From IMG/VR virus record IMGVR_UViG_3300032304_003098, positions 1 through 64,000 of that record: a stretch of 64,000 nt of DNA; one strand, 5' to 3'. Below the pieces are notes generated by a model. The model did no database searches. It saw only the letters and a program-made list of their open reading frames with translations, and was not told where the DNA came from. Source of the stretch: a virus. How positions within the stretch are numbered: the first letter of the stretch is position 1; each line of letters begins with the position of its first letter. This document shows positions 10,001-20,115 of this stretch, one piece after another. The position numbers were made by a program, and so were the translations under genes.

Positions 10001-11800
10001 ATGAGTAAACACGAGGAAGAACAAATTGACTCCAATTACTGGTCCACTAAAAGAATTGAGGACTTATTAAGAAAAGTAGAAGAGGAAGGATTAGATTACA
10101 AATCGGTAGATAATCCATTTCATGATGGGGATCCTGATTTGAAAAAATCTAATTTGTTGTGGGAATACACCACAGAGGAGGTTCAAGAAATGCAGAAGTG
10201 CGCAAAAGACGTGGTTCATTTTGCACAATATTGCCAGGTAATGACAGACGATGGTTTACAGTACATTGGACTTAGAGATTATCAAGAATCTGTTCTACAA
10301 GAATATCAAAATAATCGTTTCAATATTTTATTGGCCCCGAGACAGATCGGAAAATCGATTTGTTCTTCTATCATTTTGATGTGGTATTTACTCTTCAACC
10401 ACGATAAAAACGCCATGATTTTAGCTAATGTGGGTTCTACAGCCGAAGAATTGATGGACAAAATTAAATCTATTGTTAAAGGATTGCCTTGGTTTCTAAA
10501 ACCCGGCATGATTGTAAACAACGTTATGTCAATGAAGTTTGATAACGGGTGTCGGGCCATAGCCAAGACAACTACCAAAACTACCGCGATTGGTTATACA
10601 ATTCATTTTCTGTATATGGACGAGTTTGCACACATTCATCCTAACTTCATTGAATCTTTTTTCAGATCTACCTATCCAACCGTATCTTCATCCAAAGTTT
10701 CTAGGATTATTATTACCTCGACACCAAATGGAATGAACAAATTCTATGATATTTATCAAGGAGCATTGTCCGGAGACAATTCTTTCAATCCGGTTCGGGT
10801 TGATTGGTGGCAAGTTCCAGGCAGAGACGAAGAATGGAAAAGAGAGGAAATCGCCAACTTAGGCAGTGAAGAACTTTTCAATCAAGAGTATGGAAATCAA
10901 TTTTTGAGTTCCACTTCTTTGCTTCTAGGTTCTAACGAGTTAAAAAAAATCAAATCCAATGAATCTGAGTATGTATGGAAAGAAATAGATGTTTTAGGAG
11001 ATTTGAGCATTGTATATGAAAACTTCAGATGGCATCCCAAATTTTCTTTGGACGACGCTTTTTTGGAAGATAAAAATTTTGTTTTTTCTGTGGATTTAGC
11101 CGGCGGGGGGAGAGGAGATTTTACGGTGATTAATATTTTTAGAGTTGTGCCTTTACCTAAAAAATTGATAGAATCTAACACCGATTACAAAGACGAAGCG
11201 GATTTTTTTGGTTTACTTCAGGTTGGGGTCTTCCGGGATAATGGTATTCAAATTGAAGATATTAAAAAAATGTTGGAGGCTTTGATTCTAAATGTTTTTG
11301 ACAAAGATAGACTCACAATCATTTTAGAGATGAATTTCAGAGGAGAACTTCTCTTAGATAAACTAATTTCTAATGATGAAATTTCTTTAGACATGTTTTT
11401 ACACACCAAACACACTGAATCTGCACGTTCAGCTAAACCCGGGATCAAATACAACGAAAAAAACAAAATGAAATATTGTGAAATGTTAAGGTCTCTGTTC
11501 CGACAAAATAGAGTCATGGTCAATGAAAAGGCCTGGACAATTCCCGAACTTTTTTCTTTTGGTTTGAATAACAGTGGCACATATTCTTCTCAATCTGGAC
11601 ACGATGACGTAGCTATGACCCTGGTTAACTTATCTGCTTTGTTTGAAACTTCTGCTTTCTATGATTTGATTGGGGATCTGTATGACAGAATGGACGAAGG
11701 TTATAGAGATTTGATTGAGTCCAAATTAGACGACAAGGAAAACGATGGAAAAACCAAGGAAGGAAACTTCTATAATTCTTTTAGTAAACTTATGTCGTGA
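10001..11800 (+). CDS. terL: Terminase large subunit (T4 gp17-like)
   Basis: LRDYQ, Walker A APRQIGKS, Walker B LYMDEFAH, ITSTPNG, nuclease SVDLAGG and GHDDVAM. Confidence 0.95.
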   Translation: MSKHEEEQIDSNYWSTKRIEDLLRKVEEEGLDYKSVDNPFHDGDPDLKKSNLLWEYTTEEVQEMQKCAKDVVHFAQYCQVMTDDGLQYIGLRDYQESVLQEYQNNRFNILLAPRQIGKSICSSIILMWYLLFNHDKNAMILANVGSTAEELMDKIKSIVKGLPWFLKPGMIVNNVMSMKFDNGCRAIAKTTTKTTAIGYTIHFLYMDEFAHIHPNFIESFFRSTYPTVSSSKVSRIIITSTPNGMNKFYDIYQGALSGDNSFNPVRVDWWQVPGRDEEWKREEIANLGSEELFNQEYGNQFLSSTSLLLGSNELKKIKSNESEYVWKEIDVLGDLSIVYENFRWHPKFSLDDAFLEDKNFVFSVDLAGGGRGDFTVINIFRVVPLPKKLIESNTDYKDEADFFGLLQVGVFRDNGIQIEDIKKMLEALILNVFDKDRLTIILEMNFRGELLLDKLISNDEISLDMFLHTKHTESARSAKPGIKYNEKNKMKYCEMLRSLFRQNRVMVNEKAWTIPELFSFGLNNSGTYSSQSGHDDVAMTLVNLSALFETSAFYDLIGDLYDRMDEGYRDLIESKLDDKENDGKTKEGNFYNSFSKLMS

Positions 11801-11809
11801 TGTTCTGAA

Positions 11810-11868
11810 GATATATAAAGAGGAACTCTAGTAATATCTCCAATTGTGATAATTCATTTCGATATATA
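11810..11868 (+). promoter_or_regulatory. Tandem late promoters GATATATA (11810 and 11861)
   Basis: Two copies in the 96-bp gap before the sheath gene. Confidence 0.65.
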
Positions 11869-11896
11869 CTAGGGAAAAAATATCTTCAAAACGATA

Positions 11897-14800
11897 ATGG
11901 CTAAGAAAATCAAACTCGATTTATCACAATTCAAAGCTTCTGGTGTGTACACGCTGGAATTTGATGCCTCTGAAAACATCATCTTAACTTCACAAACGAT
12001 TCGTTTGGTGGTTGGTTTTTCAAATAAAGGTCCATTCAATGCTCCAGTTTATATCCCAGATGTAACAACCGCTGTTGCTATTTTTGGTGACATCGATAAA
12101 AATCTCGAATCACAAGGCTCATATTTCCAAAGATCAATTTTAACATGTCTTGCAACTGGGCCAGTTTTTGCCTTGAATTTGCTTCGTCTGAATAACGATG
12201 TTGATTCCCCAACAGCAGATAAAGTAGACTATTTTGGTTTTTCCGTCGCTACAGATGAACCTAACGGGGTTTTAACCTCTCGTCTATATTCTTCTTTCTA
12301 CAACAAAGAAAGATTTTGGTTTGCCGATGTGGATTATTTTCTGGCTACCATGTCGGTAGTAGACCAAGGTAGAATTTTTAATTTGGTGAATCTTGGACAG
12401 CAATCTATGTCTGTTATTGTTAGAAAATCCACCGATGCAACTCCTCCTTTGCAGGGATATGACGTATTTGCTATCGATTGGTATGGTGCCAATAACGTGC
12501 CCAGTTATGTTCACCCTTATGATTATATTTCAGATTGGTTTATTGATGTAATTGCTGTTTCTGGGAATTGGACTGACTATCAGGCTTTATCAGAAGATCC
12601 AGAATGGTCGGCTTTCTTTACCCCCAATGGATTCATCAAAAGTCAAATTAACAATTTCTTGAGTCAACAAAACGTAAACATTATTACGCAAGTAACTGGG
12701 TGTTTAATTCTAGATTTTGTAGATCTGAATGGGAACAATCAGTTTATTCAAACGCTGGTTAACAACAATACACCATCAACTGGTCTTTTCTGTGCTGTAG
12801 ACGCCGAAGGATTGGAATATCTTTGTCAAAATAGATTTAAAGTTGATTTGGTCGGTAACTTCTTAATTGACGAATTAACTGCAGATAGAGATCTAGCAGA
12901 TCCCAAGTTAAATTTCTTGAGTTATGATCAACAGTTAATTCAGGATTATCTTTACACCCAAAATTCAATTGGAATAACTGGCGGAGGAGTTACTGGAGGA
13001 ACAGCAGGTGTTGACTACACTTCATTGAACGTTGGAACATTATTTAACCTAGGTGGGGCAACTGGACCTACTGCTGGTGTACCAGCATCCGCTCTAGAAC
13101 CTTACGACCCAAGTTTAACATTTGGTGGTCTTCATTATCTTCGTACCAATTCTGGTGTTACTGGTGGTGCAGTAGTTAACGTGTGGGTTGGGGCAAGCGG
13201 GGGATCTGGGTACACTACAGCTCCTACAGTTACTTTTGTTAATCCGGCAGGAGCAACGGGAGCTTCAGCTTATGCTGTGATAAGCAGCGGGGGAAGTGTA
13301 ACTTCAATTGTTTTGACAAGCGGTGGATCAGGATATACTACTGCTCCTACAATTAGTCTAACTGGCGGTGGAGGTTCAGGAGCACAGGCTTACGCCGAAA
13401 TTTTAACCCAGCCTTCTTTAACCTCAGCAGAAAAATTAAGATTAAAAGATTTTGTTACGCCCACTCCTTCATACACCCCATTCATTCTTGGTACAGTTAC
13501 AATTCCTGCAGCAGCTACTGGAAACGTTATTAATCAATTTACAACAGGTGACTTGGTCAAACTCAAAATAACAGGGGTCAGGGAAATTTCAGGTAATTTA
13601 ACCATAACTTTCACACATCCACTAGATACTCCTGTTTATGCTTCCCAAGGAATTCAGGTTAGTCCTACTTCCTTTACAATGGGAACAACCTCTGGAACAG
13701 TTTCTGAATTTTATCAGCAGTTCGGGGCTTCAGATTATCTAGATATTGTAAGTGTGGCATCGATTACCGGTGGCACAGCTTCTAACTCACTAACAGGTCA
13801 GCTTACAACCAGTTTGTATCAAAATATCCTTTATCGTGAAATCGAGGATGGGGATATTATATGGTTAAATGAAACTGGAACAAATCTTTACTATGTGGAC
13901 ACACAATTGACGGTAGATAGAGACCAATTCAATGTTTCGTATGTCAGAGCATTTGATAATGTGGCTAGACAAAATCCAGACAATTTAGTAAACTATCCTG
14001 CCTTTGGAACAGTTTATGCTTTTGATAATATCGGTTTGCCAGTCTCTGCAGGAAAAACTGATATTATATCTAACGTAGCCTCAATCAATCAATTTCTGGA
14101 CGTGTTGACGAAAATAGATTCAACCAGTTTCACCTTTGTGCCCGACCAAGTGAATAATAAAATAATTTCAGTTGGCGATTATCTAGTTTCAACTGATTTA
14201 GAATTGTGTGAAACTGTAGGTGCAAACAGACAATCAAGATTGACCAAAGTAACCTCTGTGGCCCAAACCACGACTGCAGGTGTAGTAAGAGTAACATGTG
14301 CTAGACCTATATTTTATTATGCTGGATCACCAATTCAAGTCCAAAAGTTCAAATCAATTCCACAATTTACTAGATCGTTCGATTTTATCTACCTGAACGG
14401 CTACACCATGAGAGACGCCCAAAGGCCAAATGGGACTGATTTGAGGGTAGATGAAATTCTAAATGTTCTTTATGACACAAATTTGGCTGCAACTTTGGCA
14501 ACCAAAGATGTTATTTCTTTCCGTTACATTGTGGATACGTTTAGCGGTACAATTCAGCCAAATTCTAAGTACCAGCTTTCGAAATTGGCCATGATGAGGC
14601 AAAAAGCTTTGGCTTTTATCAATGCTCCTTCGATGGCTCAGTTCAGAGCTAGTACAGACCCTAGATTTACCAACGCACCTACTCCATCTGATCCATTCCC
14701 TTCTCTGGAAGCACAGTACATAGCTGAAGGGGGTAACTTATCTTTGAATCCTTCCTATACTTTTAGCCTTCCTACACAAGATTTAGGAGCTTCATTCGCT

Positions 14801-15439
14801 GGATATTTCACCCCTTACATTACCATCAGGGAAAATAACAGAAACACAAACGTACCTCCCGCAGCTTACGTTTCAAACAATTTTGTTAGAAAATTTGCCA
14901 ACGGGGAACCCTACAACATTATTGCAGGTCAGAAAAGAGGTACCATCTCAGGAGGCAATATTGTAGGTTTAGAGTATGACTTCACTGATGAAGATCGTGG
15001 TTGGTTAGAACCATTCGGGTTGAACCCTATTATTAAGAAGAGGGGATTTGGCGTTGTTATCTTTGGCAACCAAACTGCTTATCAAACTGTGAATTCTGCG
15101 TTTAGTTTGCTTCACGTGAGAGATCTTCTTATAAGTCTTGAGAACGATGTGGAAGAAATTTTGGCTAATTACCTGTTTGATTTCAACGAAGATTCCATTC
15201 GCTTAGAAATCAAAACTCTGGTTGATACTTATTTGGATGGTGTCAGAGCAGGAGGAGGAATTTATGCCTACCAAGTTATCATGGATGCATCTAACAATCC
15301 TCCTTCGGTCATCGACATGAATATGGGAATCATTGATGTTATCATAGAGCCTGCTCGAGGCATACAGAAGTTTATCAATCGAATCACTGTAACCCGCACA
15401 GGAGGCATCGCTTCAGGAGGTTTCATCAATTTCGTATAA
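11897..15439 (+). CDS. Contractile tail sheath protein (gp18-like) with large insertions
   Basis: N-terminal SGVYTLEFD, GFSNKGPFNAPV; C-terminal VPPAAYVS, LNPII, IFGNQT, LHVRDLL, YLFDFN. Confidence 0.93.
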   Translation: MAKKIKLDLSQFKASGVYTLEFDASENIILTSQTIRLVVGFSNKGPFNAPVYIPDVTTAVAIFGDIDKNLESQGSYFQRSILTCLATGPVFALNLLRLNNDVDSPTADKVDYFGFSVATDEPNGVLTSRLYSSFYNKERFWFADVDYFLATMSVVDQGRIFNLVNLGQQSMSVIVRKSTDATPPLQGYDVFAIDWYGANNVPSYVHPYDYISDWFIDVIAVSGNWTDYQALSEDPEWSAFFTPNGFIKSQINNFLSQQNVNIITQVTGCLILDFVDLNGNNQFIQTLVNNNTPSTGLFCAVDAEGLEYLCQNRFKVDLVGNFLIDELTADRDLADPKLNFLSYDQQLIQDYLYTQNSIGITGGGVTGGTAGVDYTSLNVGTLFNLGGATGPTAGVPASALEPYDPSLTFGGLHYLRTNSGVTGGAVVNVWVGASGGSGYTTAPTVTFVNPAGATGASAYAVISSGGSVTSIVLTSGGSGYTTAPTISLTGGGGSGAQAYAEILTQPSLTSAEKLRLKDFVTPTPSYTPFILGTVTIPAAATGNVINQFTTGDLVKLKITGVREISGNLTITFTHPLDTPVYASQGIQVSPTSFTMGTTSGTVSEFYQQFGASDYLDIVSVASITGGTASNSLTGQLTTSLYQNILYREIEDGDIIWLNETGTNLYYVDTQLTVDRDQFNVSYVRAFDNVARQNPDNLVNYPAFGTVYAFDNIGLPVSAGKTDIISNVASINQFLDVLTKIDSTSFTFVPDQVNNKIISVGDYLVSTDLELCETVGANRQSRLTKVTSVAQTTTAGVVRVTCARPIFYYAGSPIQVQKFKSIPQFTRSFDFIYLNGYTMRDAQRPNGTDLRVDEILNVLYDTNLAATLATKDVISFRYIVDTFSGTIQPNSKYQLSKLAMMRQKALAFINAPSMAQFRASTDPRFTNAPTPSDPFPSLEAQYIAEGGNLSLNPSYTFSLPTQDLGASFAGYFTPYITIRENNRNTNVPPAAYVSNNFVRKFANGEPYNIIAGQKRGTISGGNIVGLEYDFTDEDRGWLEPFGLNPIIKKRGFGVVIFGNQTAYQTVNSAFSLLHVRDLLISLENDVEEILANYLFDFNEDSIRLEIKTLVDTYLDGVRAGGGIYAYQVIMDASNNPPSVIDMNMGIIDVIIEPARGIQKFINRITVTRTGGIASGGFINFV

Positions 15440-15492
15440 CACATTGAATGAATTTTAAAAGAAGAGATAAATAAAAAAAGAAAAAAGAATTA

Positions 15493-16047
15493 ATGGCCGG
15501 TTTACCACACTACCAAAATTCGTTATATTCGATCAATAAATACGAACCCGTTTATCTTAACCAATTTGAGGTAACTGTGATTCCACCCGCTGCTGTCCAA
15601 GGTGGTCAAATTTTGTTACAGCAGGTTGTAAATGTAAACGGCTTAGATGTGGATAAAAACCCATCTTTCGTGTTCCAGAAATATAAGTTTGCCAAAAGAA
15701 ACTATGCAGGAGGTAAGCCGGATAAAACCTCTTTAGATTTGAGTGTAAAATTCACAGTGAATTTAAACGATGATAATTCTATGTACTCGTTTAAAACTCT
15801 TAGACAATGGTCAGATCTGATTTATAACCCTTTGACCGGAGCTATGGGCATTAAAACTGACTACACTGGAACGATTATTATATCTATTTTCAACAAAAAT
15901 GGAGACGTCTTCCGAAGAATCACGTGTCGTGACTGTTTCCCCATGAAAGCTATTGATCCTATGGAGTTAGACTATATAAACGGAACTACTTTGTATGAAA
16001 TCACCATGACATGGGCGGTAGATTATTGGGAAGACCTTTTCACCTAA
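15493..16047 (+). CDS. Tail tube protein 1 (gp19-like)
   Basis: Follows sheath; LRQWSDLIYNPLTG...DY, CFP, final W-x-x-DYW; preceded by GATAAATA at 15466. Confidence 0.85.
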   Translation: MAGLPHYQNSLYSINKYEPVYLNQFEVTVIPPAAVQGGQILLQQVVNVNGLDVDKNPSFVFQKYKFAKRNYAGGKPDKTSLDLSVKFTVNLNDDNSMYSFKTLRQWSDLIYNPLTGAMGIKTDYTGTIIISIFNKNGDVFRRITCRDCFPMKAIDPMELDYINGTTLYEITMTWAVDYWEDLFT

Positions 16048-16062
16048 AAAATTAAAAAATAA

Positions 16063-16644
16063 ATGGCAGGTTTACCTCATTTCAATAATTCACTCGCAGC
16101 TCGCAACAATTACGAGCCAGTTTTTCTGAACCAGTTTGAAGTTTTAATTACTCCCCCAGCGGGTGTGACTTTAGCAAATGTGAGATTCAATGGAGAATCT
16201 ATCATGACCCAGCAGGTCAAAAGCGTGACCGGATCTTTGGCTGTAGACATTCAACCTTCGGCCCCGGTGACACAATATTACAAATTTGCAGAAAGAAGAT
16301 ATGCAGGGGGTGAACCTTCAACTTCGGATGTGCAATTTTCAATTGCTTTCGAGGTAAATCTAAATCAAAACAATTCTATGACCATTTTCAAAATTTTGCG
16401 TCAATGGTCAGATTTGATTTATAATCCTCTCACGGGTGCTATGGGTCTGAAAAGAGATTACGTGGGTCAAATCGTGGTTTCTATTTTTAACAAGCAAGGT
16501 GATGTTTTCCGTAGAATAACTTTAAATAACTGTTTTTTGATTGAGCCATTGACAAGTATGGCATTAAGTTATGACACTGGTGATTCCATTTATGTTCTAG
16601 ATACAACTTGGAAATCTGATTACTGGCAGGACCAGTTCCTATAA
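16063..16644 (+). CDS. Tail tube protein 2 (paralog)
   Basis: Shares MAGLPH, YEPVxLNQFEV and LRQWSDLIYNPLTGAMG with the preceding gene. Confidence 0.85.
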   Translation: MAGLPHFNNSLAARNNYEPVFLNQFEVLITPPAGVTLANVRFNGESIMTQQVKSVTGSLAVDIQPSAPVTQYYKFAERRYAGGEPSTSDVQFSIAFEVNLNQNNSMTIFKILRQWSDLIYNPLTGAMGLKRDYVGQIVVSIFNKQGDVFRRITLNNCFLIEPLTSMALSYDTGDSIYVLDTTWKSDYWQDQFL

Positions 16645-16709
16645 TCGGAACTTTTTTTCTTTGATACATATATAAGAAACACATTTTTGTGTGACTTAAA
16701 CACCTTTAT

Positions 16710-17804
16710 ATGGATCCTAATAATTTGTCCCCTGAAAAAATTTTACAAGAAAAAGAAAAACTAGGCGGAATATCTTTCGACGATAGAATTGCAGATCTAA
16801 ATCCAATAAACCCTTTGGAGGAAAGAGCACAAAAGGAGGCGGAAGCTCTAGCCGAGCAAGCACGAGGAAAATCCCAAATTGTGGCTGAAACAAAATTGGC
16901 ACAACAGCTTAAATCTGACCAAGATCAAAATTCTAATTTTGAAAATTCAACACAGAAACAGTTTAGTCCATCTGATTTAGGGTGGAAAAATTTACCCCCT
17001 GTCCTTTTGCCCTCTGGTGGTTTATTTTACCCAGAGGGGGTCCAAATTGCTATCCGCCCTGCTGAGGTAAAAGAGATTCGCCACTTTTCAACGATCGATG
17101 AAACAGATATGTTGGACATAGATTCTAAACTAAATTTAATTTTAGAAAGATGTTGTGTCATTAAATTCCCTCAGCATGGAGTTGTTTCTTACAAGGAAAT
17201 CAAACAAGAGGACCGTTTTTTTATTATCATGACAATTCGGGATTTAACTTTCGTGAGGGGAGAAAACATGGTTGTCTTGAAACCACAAACTGGATGTGAA
17301 ACTTCATCTTGCCCCTTCGAACATGGCATCGAATTGAGAACTGGGGTTTTGTCTAAATATACTATTGACGATAAACTGATGTCCTATTATTCTAAAACGG
17401 AAAGAAAGTTTGTTTTACATATTCAAAAGTTATCCAAGACTGTAAAAATGACTGTGCCATCGATTGGAGTTGTAGAAGCAATTTCTAATTACGCCAGAAC
17501 CAGGATTAGACAGGGTAAAGACGTGGATGAAAGTTTCATCAAAATAGCTCCTTATTTGTATGATGATTGGAGATCTTTGACTGAAAACAAATTAGCAGAA
17601 TTGGAAGAGGCCTCAAATTCTTGGTCCAAGGAAGAATTTTCACTTTTTTTCCAAATCACGGATCTTCTAAAAATTGGAACAAAACTAGAGGTGAGTGTAC
17701 CTTGCCCAAAATGCGGTGCCCAGGAGGTCACCGCACCGATTTACTTTCCCGAAGGGATCAGATCTCTTTTCGTTATTTCAGATATCTTTGGACAACTTCT
17801 TTGA
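16710..17804 (+). CDS. Baseplate hub / tail assembly protein (gp26-like)
   Basis: LPSGGLFYP...IRPAEVKE, C-terminal CPKCG; position after the tube genes. Confidence 0.65.
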   Translation: MDPNNLSPEKILQEKEKLGGISFDDRIADLNPINPLEERAQKEAEALAEQARGKSQIVAETKLAQQLKSDQDQNSNFENSTQKQFSPSDLGWKNLPPVLLPSGGLFYPEGVQIAIRPAEVKEIRHFSTIDETDMLDIDSKLNLILERCCVIKFPQHGVVSYKEIKQEDRFFIIMTIRDLTFVRGENMVVLKPQTGCETSSCPFEHGIELRTGVLSKYTIDDKLMSYYSKTERKFVLHIQKLSKTVKMTVPSIGVVEAISNYARTRIRQGKDVDESFIKIAPYLYDDWRSLTENKLAELEEASNSWSKEEFSLFFQITDLLKIGTKLEVSVPCPKCGAQEVTAPIYFPEGIRSLFVISDIFGQLL

Positions 17805-17976
17805 TTTAAAATTTAGATTGTGGTTCGAACACAAGCTGGACCCAGATTGGGTAGAAAAAATTCCTTATTATGAATATCAGATTTGGCTTCAAAAGTTAAA
17901 TGTTGAAATAGAAAAAGAAAACAGAGAAGCACAAGAAAACTCTGGTCAGTCCGAAGTTTTCAATTTTTCTAAGTAA
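17788..17976 (+). CDS. Small hub-assembly ORF overlapping the gp26-like gene in the +1 frame (TTG start or frameshift fusion)
   Basis: SLDNFFDLKFRL..EH...E.IPYYEYQI..L...IEKEN resembles the small ORF that follows gp26 in T4-like phages. Confidence 0.55.
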   Translation: MDNFFDLKFRLWFEHKLDPDWVEKIPYYEYQIWLQKLNVEIEKENREAQENSGQSEVFNFSK

Positions 17977-18015
17977 TGAGTTAATAGTGGATCTGGATAT
18001 ATAATTTTATTTTAT

Positions 18016-19455
18016 ATGGCACAGGATTCTGCAACAATTTTAAAAGAACTATCTGTTCTGTCCAGTAATATGGATGCCTTAGTGCGAGAGTTAAAGGAAC
18101 AAAATAAAACAACCGCAGAGAATACAAAAGGAATCAATGATTTGGTAACCCAGATTAAAGAAAACCCAATTTCTAAAACCCAAAAGCCAGTTGACCAAAA
18201 GGAAAGTCCAACAAAATTATTTGAAAATTTAGTTTCTTCCTTTTCGAAAGAAATTTCCAAGTCTAATGAGATTTTGCAAAAAAATTTAGACAAACAGATG
18301 GGAAGTTCGTTAAAGGATTTAGCGAAAAATGTATTTAAACCAGCGGAGGTAAAGCCCAATCCTAATCTTGATTTTTTTAAGGCTTTAGGTTTAGACAAGT
18401 TACCCCAGCTGAAAGACGGTGGACAAATTCAAAAAGACGGAGTGGCTATTGTAGGAGAAAAAGGACCAGAGCTTGTAGATTTAAAAAAGGATCAGCGTGT
18501 AATTTCCAACCAGGATTTTCTTCTGCAAGAAGAATTGAAAGAAATGGCGGTGAAGGAAGCAAAGCAGAATCAGGCTCAGCAAAACACCTCTGACCTGGTA
18601 ACCGGATCACAAAATTTGACAGATAGTGTAACCAATTCATTTGGGGCTAAGGTTTCTAAGAAAGAAATAGATGGATATCGTGATAGAATGCTAAGAGAAG
18701 ATGCAGATTATTACGAAGAATATCCAGACGAACTTGAAAGTGACATAAAATCCTTCATAGAAAACTATAGAGAACCCTACGATTTTTCAAAGTTTTTAAA
18801 CTCTAAACTAGAAAATCAAGAACAGCTAAAATCTATAAAAGAACAGCCAGTAGCAAACCCAGCGGAGGAACTTTCACGAGGGGATAAAAGAAAGAAGGAT
18901 AGCGAAGAAAAAAAAGCTGGGAATGAAAAACTAGAAAGCGTTGTTACTCCCACTAAGCCTAAACTGTTAGAGTCTCTTAAATCTAAAGGAAAGGAATTTG
19001 GTTCTAACCTAAAGCAAAGCATTTCATCTAAAGTAGAATCAGCTAAACAAACATTAAGTGGAAAAATTCCACCAGATGGGTTGGAAACGTATGCTTCCGT
19101 GTCCCAACAAATGCAAAAACTTTCCAAGGATATGAGCGAATCAGTGGAAATGAAAAAAGAAACCTCAGCTTTAAAAAAGGCGGAAGGGGAAAAATCTAAA
19201 CCAAAATCTACACCAGCCCCTTCTCTACCCCAGCAGCAAGCTATTGAATCTGTTACCCCAAAAGTTGCAGAAACACAAGCCTCTCCTAGTAAAATCCAGG
19301 AAAATAAAGTAGAAAAAAAAGAAACTGCCGAAACTTTACCTCATCAGGAGATTAAAGAAATAAAAGCTCTTTTGGCAGGAATCTATAAAGCCTTATCTGG
19401 TCCATTAAGAATTGCAAATGACACTCCATTTAGACCGAATTCTAATATCATATAA
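18016..19455 (+). CDS. Tape-measure-related / tail protein
   Basis: LKDGG...IVGEKGPELV motif typical of tape-measure-type proteins; coiled and low complexity; GATATATA at 17996. Confidence 0.4.
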   Translation: MAQDSATILKELSVLSSNMDALVRELKEQNKTTAENTKGINDLVTQIKENPISKTQKPVDQKESPTKLFENLVSSFSKEISKSNEILQKNLDKQMGSSLKDLAKNVFKPAEVKPNPNLDFFKALGLDKLPQLKDGGQIQKDGVAIVGEKGPELVDLKKDQRVISNQDFLLQEELKEMAVKEAKQNQAQQNTSDLVTGSQNLTDSVTNSFGAKVSKKEIDGYRDRMLREDADYYEEYPDELESDIKSFIENYREPYDFSKFLNSKLENQEQLKSIKEQPVANPAEELSRGDKRKKDSEEKKAGNEKLESVVTPTKPKLLESLKSKGKEFGSNLKQSISSKVESAKQTLSGKIPPDGLETYASVSQQMQKLSKDMSESVEMKKETSALKKAEGEKSKPKSTPAPSLPQQQAIESVTPKVAETQASPSKIQENKVEKKETAETLPHQEIKEIKALLAGIYKALSGPLRIANDTPFRPNSNII

Positions 19456-19493
19456 AAAAATTAAGGTTTCATTTTTTTAAGGCACATACAGTT

Positions 19494-19501
19494 TATATTT
19501 G
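19494..19501 (+). promoter_or_regulatory. Putative host-type (Bacteroidota -7 box TAnnTTTG) early promoter
   Basis: TATATTTG just upstream of the dCMP deaminase-sigma operon. Confidence 0.4.
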
Positions 19502-19525
19502 GACTTTTTAACCCCAAGATCTTTC

Positions 19526-20104
19526 ATGAGTTTAATTAAATTCAAGTTCAAAGAAATTCCTTCGTTCGATTTTTTTCAAAATTTGTCAGAGTATGATGAA
19601 TTTTCATGGGTTGCTAACCCTAAATCCGATTTTATTTATATCTTCAGTGAATTAGAAAATCTTACCGACGAAACTTTTTATACGGCCAAAGATATTAAAA
19701 CGGATCCTGTGTATTTGTCTATGGCAGAAACCTGGGCCACTAATTCATATTGCAGAAGAATGAAAGTAGGGAGTTTGATTGTCAAAAACAAATCCATTAT
19801 TTCGGATGGATACAATGGTTCTCCTACAGGATTCCCCAATCAATGTGAAGATGAAGATTTTGTTACTTTAAATTATGTGTTACATGCCGAAGCAAACGCA
19901 ATCACCAAACTTGCCAAAAGTACTCAGAGTTCCGAGGGTTCAACTATGTACGTGACGGTTTCTCCTTGTTTTGAGTGTTCAAAATTGATTATTCAATCGG
20001 GAATAAAAAGAATAGTTTTTGGCAAAGTCTATCGAAAACCTGAGCCCTTGTCTTTTTTATTACAGGCAGGAATTGAAATTGTAAAATTGGGAAAAAAAAT
20101 CTAA
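19526..20104 (+). CDS. dCMP deaminase
   Basis: SYCRRMKVG, GYNG, HAEANAI, SPCFECSK zinc motifs. Confidence 0.92.
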   Translation: MSLIKFKFKEIPSFDFFQNLSEYDEFSWVANPKSDFIYIFSELENLTDETFYTAKDIKTDPVYLSMAETWATNSYCRRMKVGSLIVKNKSIISDGYNGSPTGFPNQCEDEDFVTLNYVLHAEANAITKLAKSTQSSEGSTMYVTVSPCFECSKLIIQSGIKRIVFGKVYRKPEPLSFLLQAGIEIVKLGKKI

Positions 20105-20115
20105 GAAAATTAAGA

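Noticed and set aside
10001-11800. Intein or intron in the terminase (also checked portals, capsid and ligase)
   Set aside because: Lengths are ordinary, motifs are continuous, and no splicing or homing-endonuclease signatures were seen
18016-19455. The main tape measure protein
   Set aside because: At 479 aa it seems short for a jumbo myophage tail and only one short motif matches; kept as tape-measure-related only
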